Position numbers and translations under genes: made by a program | Notes under the pieces: model-generated | The model's database searches: none | Seen by the model: only the letters and a program-made list of their open reading frames with translations | Told to the model about the DNA's origin: nothing | In this document: piece by piece, positions 59,751 through 64,000 of the stretch | Layout of the letters: every line of letters begins with the position of its first letter | How positions within the stretch are numbered: the stretch's first letter is position 1 | NCBI GenBank assembly: GCA_046340755.1 | Contig: JBKDSY010000065.1 | Span: 3,633 to 67,632 of the forward strand | Length of the DNA stretch: 64,000 bases | Direction: 5' to 3' | DNA from: Cyanobacteriota bacterium | GTDB lineage: Bacteria; Cyanobacteriota; Cyanobacteriia; PCC-6307; Cyanobiaceae

Positions 59751-62700
59751 CAGGTCATCTCCTCATCGCGATCAGGGCGTTGTCGGATCAGAGCAGCGCT
59801 GGGTTCCACATCGCGCAGGCTCCAGTTGGCCAGGAATTCCTGCTCCATCGCTTTGAGCTCCTTGAGATCGGGGTCAAGCGGGGTGTGGAGCAGGGGAGCC
59901 ACTTCACCTGCTTCACGGCCGTACTGGAGCAGGCCGTCCTTGTCACGGGCAATGCGGATCCACTTGTCGAGAAGGTTCATCACCCGCTGACGGACCTCAG
60001 CCTCGGTGTGTTCGCTGAGGGCCTTGCTCGGCGCGGAGCGGCGGGCCCGGTCCCCGATCCGCTGGGCCACCTCCGCCTGGCCGGCATTCTTGGCCCTGCT
60101 GAGCTCTGGGCTGAGGTGACGGGCGAGCGCCACGGTGATGGCTGGCAGCCCTCGCTGCAGGGCTCTGGACGACCAGGGTGTGACGCTGGTGGCTTCCACA
60201 TCGCGATAAAAGACCGAGTGCCAGAAGCTGAAGCGCTCGGAGTGGGAGCGGTCGCGCGGTCGGTTGGGGTTGAGCAACACCACCACCAGGCCAGGGCGCT
60301 GGTCGTCGCGGCCGACGCGGCTGCTGGCCTGGATGTATTCGGCCGTGGTCTTGGGTTGGCCCAGCATCACCATCAAACCGAGGCGGCTGATGTCGAGACC
60401 CACCGAGATCATGTTGGTGGCCAGCGCCGTATCGACGCGCTGCTTCTCATTGTCGAAACTGAGCTCGAGGCGGGCCTTGGTGGTGCTCACTTCCGAGGTG
60501 GGCACCCGTGAGGTGAGCTCCAGGGGTTCATTGGCGATCTTGCGGCGGGCGTAGCGCGCGCTGGTTTCGTTGAGGCGACGGCGCTGGTCGTAGGTGGTGA
60601 GCAGGGAGGTGACTTCTTCTTCCAGCAGGCGGCGGGTGATGCCGAGCTCCTTGATGGTGTTGAAGTAGCCCAGGAAGGTCATGTAGGGGTCAACGGGGTT
60701 GGGCCCCTTGGCTTCGCCTCGTTTCTCGCGGGCCTTGCGTTCCTTTTCGGCCTGGGTATAGAGCTTTTGGGCCGTGCTCATCAAGGCCAGGCCCACCCGC
60801 AGCAGCAAGGCCTTGATGTTGCGCCCAGGAGCAGAGATCCCGAGATAGATCCGTCCTTCTGCCTCGGTGACCGAGGCGGTGTAGGAGAAGAAGGAATCAC
60901 GGCGATCGGGGCCCGGGGCTGGGAAGACCGCCGGTGGGCTGCTGCGGCCGAACAGAGCCTGCATCTGCTGGCTGGCCCGGCGCACGGTGGCGGTGGAGGC
61001 CACGATCTTGGGCCTCACGATCTTGGCTCCATTGGCTGTCTCCACCTGGCGTGCACAGAGTTCATCGATCACCGCCTCATAGAGGCCGCCCATCGATCCC
61101 AGGGGGCCGGAGATGAGGTGGAGTTCGTCTTGAATGATCAGATCGGGGGGCTCCAGCCCCCGGGGCAGCAGCCCTCCAGCCTGATCACTGCCATCGCTGG
61201 GGCCAAAGAAGCCCTTGCCTGGCTGGGCATGGGTCACGCGGCCGAAGAGCTTCCCGGTCGCTCCCACCCAGGGCAGGGCAGCGAACTTGTCGACCGTGGC
61301 GATCACGAAGGCCGGCAGGCGTTGATAAAGCATCTCGTCGACGGCCACCAGCGGCAGGGTGTTGTCGCCCGAGAAGCGGCACTGGCGGTTGCGGCAGCAG
61401 ACCCTCAGCTCCTTCGGCTGATCGGCATTGGGGAGGAGGCGAAACACCCCGCGGGCCACCGCCGGACGCTCATCGCCCGGGGAAGCCTTGCCAAGCTCGG
61501 CGCCACACCATGGGCAGTTGTCGATCGGAATCGGCTTGTTGTCACCCCCGCTCCAGGCCAGCACGCGGGAGCGGGCACTGTTGTCGTCGTTATCGCCTTT
61601 GTGGCCCAGCTTGTTGGGGGTGCCGCTCTGCCCCACCCACAGGCCGATCTCGAAGGGCCACTGGCCGAGCCGCTTGGGATCCTTGCGGCGTTCCAGCTCC
61701 AGGGCGCAGATCAAGGTGGAGGCCCGGCCGAGCTGATCGAGGGTGAGCAGGCGGAGTGTGTAGCGCATCAGCACGCTCATGCCGGCCGACGCGATCGATC
61801 CCCCGTGGCGCAGCCGGCGCAGCACCAGGGTGTAGGCCGCCAGCCCCAGGTAAGCCTCGGTCTTGCCGCCGCCGGTGGGAAAGAACAGCAGGTCGATGGT
61901 GTCGCGATCGCCATCGGTGGGCTCCGCCATCCCAACGAGGTTCATCAGCACAAAGGCGAGCTGGAACGGCCGCCATTGGGGTTTCACGGCATCGGGGTTT
62001 TGGTTCCGCATCACCCCGAATCGCTGACGGGCAGCGGCGGCCATCACGCGGTTGGCGATCGCAAAGGCCAGCCGCACCTGTTCGTTCTCCAGGGCTTCGA
62101 TGCCACGCTCGATCCGCCGGGCCTGCTTGCTGGCCTCGTGCAGAAGCTCTGCGGCTGTGGCCTGTTGCTGCGTGCTCGCCGTATCTGTCGTTGTGCGCTG
62201 CTGCTCGATCCAGTCCGTGTAGGCCGTCACGAGAGGGCGTAAGGCCGTCTGCACAGGGTCGGCCCCTTCGCTCGCCAGGCGATCCAGCTCCGGCATCGAC
62301 AGCACCAGGCCGGCGGCTTCCAGTTCCCCCACCCTGGGCAGCACCCTCTCCACAGTGGCCTGGGGCAGCCAGGTGGTGCTGATCTGGAGGCAGCGGCCGT
62401 TGGCCTCGAGGCGGGGTGCCACGGAGATGTTGTGCCCCACGGCGAACTCGTGGTCGCCCCGGTAGTGGAGGTTGTTGACGCGGTGGTCCCAGTCGTTGGC
62501 GTTGATGGCCAGATCAGCGGCGCGGGGGTCGCGGCGCTCCAGGAAGCCGGCGCCGCAGATCACATCCAGCTGCACTTGGTAGGCACTGGCACGATCGCGG
62601 TCTTCCGCACTGCGGCCTTCAAAGCGGCGTTCGTTGGTGAGGAACAGGCTCACGGCCACGGCGCCGGGCGGGTAGCCCTGAGCCACAGGCGCGGGCCGCA

Positions 62701-63286
62701 GGTGCCATCGCAGCATCAGGCCCTCGCTGCCGGGCACCGGCTTGGCCTGGGCCGATCGGCCCCTGGGCGCCAGCCATTCGGCCGGGATGCTGATCTGCTC
62801 GGTGTGGGGTTCACGCAACCAGGCTTCGTCGGCCTTGCTGCCTTCTGGCGGGGCGGTGGGCTTGTAGCTGGCCCAGTGCACCGTGACCTCCAGCCCGGTG
62901 GCTGCCGGGATGAGCAGGCTCAAGCCAACGGAGCAGGTGAAGAACACTCGCCGCGCTGGCCCGGCTTCACTGGCGCCGGTGTCATCGCCTCGGGCGTTGC
63001 TCTTGCGTTTGGGGGAGAGGTTCTGGCCATCGAGGCCGGCGAATTCGTCGTCGGCCGCATCATCGGCGCGCTCGCCCAGGCTGGTTTCACTGGGGATCAG
63101 GAAACCGGTCTGGTACCAGCGGTTCGGGGGGCGATCGAGCACCTCTTCGCGCAGCTCGGTTGCCTCCTGGCTCTGGCCTTCGGCCTCCAGCTGCGCAAGA
63201 AGGCAAGGGGTGGGCCCCACGAGATCGAGCTCCAGGGCCTGGATCAGCTGTTCTCGCACCGCTGCGCTGGTGGAGTTGGACGTCAC
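59750..63286 (-). CDS. drmA: DISARM SF2 helicase DrmA
   Basis: ALELDLVGP, WRPFQLAF, FPTGGGKTEAY, QDELH, ATNMISVGLD, YIQASSRVGR. Confidence 0.92.
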   Translation of the reverse strand: MTSNSTSAAVREQLIQALELDLVGPTPCLLAQLEAEGQSQEATELREEVLDRPPNRWYQTGFLIPSETSLGERADDAADDEFAGLDGQNLSPKRKSNARGDDTGASEAGPARRVFFTCSVGLSLLIPAATGLEVTVHWASYKPTAPPEGSKADEAWLREPHTEQISIPAEWLAPRGRSAQAKPVPGSEGLMLRWHLRPAPVAQGYPPGAVAVSLFLTNERRFEGRSAEDRDRASAYQVQLDVICGAGFLERRDPRAADLAINANDWDHRVNNLHYRGDHEFAVGHNISVAPRLEANGRCLQISTTWLPQATVERVLPRVGELEAAGLVLSMPELDRLASEGADPVQTALRPLVTAYTDWIEQQRTTTDTASTQQQATAAELLHEASKQARRIERGIEALENEQVRLAFAIANRVMAAAARQRFGVMRNQNPDAVKPQWRPFQLAFVLMNLVGMAEPTDGDRDTIDLLFFPTGGGKTEAYLGLAAYTLVLRRLRHGGSIASAGMSVLMRYTLRLLTLDQLGRASTLICALELERRKDPKRLGQWPFEIGLWVGQSGTPNKLGHKGDNDDNSARSRVLAWSGGDNKPIPIDNCPWCGAELGKASPGDERPAVARGVFRLLPNADQPKELRVCCRNRQCRFSGDNTLPLVAVDEMLYQRLPAFVIATVDKFAALPWVGATGKLFGRVTHAQPGKGFFGPSDGSDQAGGLLPRGLEPPDLIIQDELHLISGPLGSMGGLYEAVIDELCARQVETANGAKIVRPKIVASTATVRRASQQMQALFGRSSPPAVFPAPGPDRRDSFFSYTASVTEAEGRIYLGISAPGRNIKALLLRVGLALMSTAQKLYTQAEKERKAREKRGEAKGPNPVDPYMTFLGYFNTIKELGITRRLLEEEVTSLLTTYDQRRRLNETSARYARRKIANEPLELTSRVPTSEVSTTKARLELSFDNEKQRVDTALATNMISVGLDISRLGLMVMLGQPKTTAEYIQASSRVGRDDQRPGLVVVLLNPNRPRDRSHSERFSFWHSVFYRDVEATSVTPWSSRALQRGLPAITVALARHLSPELSRAKNAGQAEVAQRIGDRARRSAPSKALSEHTEAEVRQRVMNLLDKWIRIARDKDGLLQYGREAGEVAPLLHTPLDPDLKELKAMEQEFLANWSLRDVEPSAALIRQRPDRDEEMT

Positions 63287-63289
63287 GGC

Positions 63290-63646
63290 TCAGCTCTCCT
63301 CGCGTTGCAAGCTGTCAATCAATGCAGAACAGGTGGTGCGCATTGGCGAGAGCGATGTTTGAATCACACCCCAAACAAGTGCATCATCCACCCTGTCGTA
63401 TTCATGGGTGAGCTTGTTGCGGAAGCTGATGATCCGCACAGCCTGATCAATGCGGGCAAACACGCCACTGTCGACCCGCGAAAGGTTGTTGAGAGCTTCA
63501 CCAATGGTGATGAACTCCCTCTCAATGGCAGCACGGATCAGGCGGCTGTTGCAGTAGTCACCGAAACTGACGCCCTTGACCGCATCGGCAATGGCGTCTG
63601 CCGATTCGACGACAGCCATGAGCAGCACCCTGGAATCACGCCGCAT
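63290..63646 (-). CDS. HEPN (DUF86/HepT-like) ribonuclease toxin
   Basis: MRRDSR...IGEAL...FRNKLTHEYD: R-x4-H motif followed closely by Tyr; start at ATG 63646, overlapping the MNT gene. Confidence 0.88.
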   Translation of the reverse strand: MRRDSRVLLMAVVESADAIADAVKGVSFGDYCNSRLIRAAIEREFITIGEALNNLSRVDSGVFARIDQAVRIISFRNKLTHEYDRVDDALVWGVIQTSLSPMRTTCSALIDSLQREES

Positions 63647-63974
63647 AGAGCAACCGCTTGGTGGCGTCGATGTCGGCCTGCACGATGGGGTTGCGCCTGG
63701 CGGTTGCCATGACCAAATCCACCGGAGTGCCAAGGCGGTCGACGAGCTGTTCCTCGAGCCCGAAGTAGGCATCCACAAGCTCGGTGGGTTCCAGCGGCTG
63801 GAACTCCACCAGCAGGTCGATGTCGCTCTGACCTGGGCGGTAATCGGGGCGCAGCAGCGAACCAAACACATAGAGCCGTGAAACGTGGTGTTGGCTGCAG
63901 GCTGCCGTGATGACCGCAAGTTGGGGCTTGGTGAGCGGGAGCGCTCCCATGTCGTGATCGTGCTGGCTCATCAC
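63636..63974 (-). CDS. Minimal nucleotidyltransferase (MntA-like) antitoxin
   Basis: LYVFGSLLRPDYRPGQSDIDLLVEF, PVDLV. Confidence 0.9.
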   Translation of the reverse strand: MMSQHDHDMGALPLTKPQLAVITAACSQHHVSRLYVFGSLLRPDYRPGQSDIDLLVEFQPLEPTELVDAYFGLEEQLVDRLGTPVDLVMATARRNPIVQADIDATKRLLYAA

Positions 63975-64000
63975 CCCAACCCCATCTGGTCGACCTTGCT
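63971..64000 (-). other. Possible 3' end of an upstream gene coupled to the MNT gene
   Basis: Open frame SKVDQMGLG* whose TGA overlaps ATG 63971 (TGATG); only 10 codons visible. Confidence 0.4.

Noticed and set aside
11256-62062. HIP1 (GCGATCGC) enrichment
   Set aside because: Only three copies were spotted (11256, 33071, 62055), about what chance gives at this GC content; the count was not exhaustive.
1-64000. CRISPR array belonging to the RAMP/NucC locus
   Set aside because: No regularly spaced direct repeats were seen by eye after nucC or in the intergenic stretches (including 37600-38430); any array would be upstream of the window.
1-64000. tRNA/rRNA genes or att sites at island borders
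   Set aside because: None recognised by eye; tRNAscan-SE would be needed to exclude them.

Overview
GC-rich picocyanobacterial DNA (Cyanobium/freshwater Synechococcus-like: phycobilisome linker, petJ, glgB, hemE, clpB, sodB, futA, ycf51). A housekeeping core is flanked and interrupted by accessory DNA. Left end: the tail of a probable type III-B-like CRISPR-Cas locus, consisting of a double-RAMP (Cmr6+Cmr1-like) gene with an in-frame AT-rich TPR extension, overlapped by a nucC nuclease gene carrying a one-base frameshift. No CRISPR array was seen. Next come a pilin-like/chaperone-like secreted trio without an usher and an IS3-derived ORF that has fused OrfAB and lost its DDE residues. Middle: mgtA with an in-frame TAG, a solute-binding protein coupled to MscS, PEP-CTERM-like surface proteins, a large 5'-nucleotidase/phosphatase, and a decaying TA/pseudogene patch. 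Right end (about 51-64 kb): an island with a Phd-VapC pair, a four-gene operon headed by a 2-deoxy-scyllo-inosose synthase (BtrC-like) but lacking aminoglycoside genes (candidate new cyclitol pathway), and a DISARM drmA-drmB-drmC block with an MNT-HEPN pair embedded in the same operon. All family calls come from motif recognition by eye and recalled family knowledge; no database search was run.
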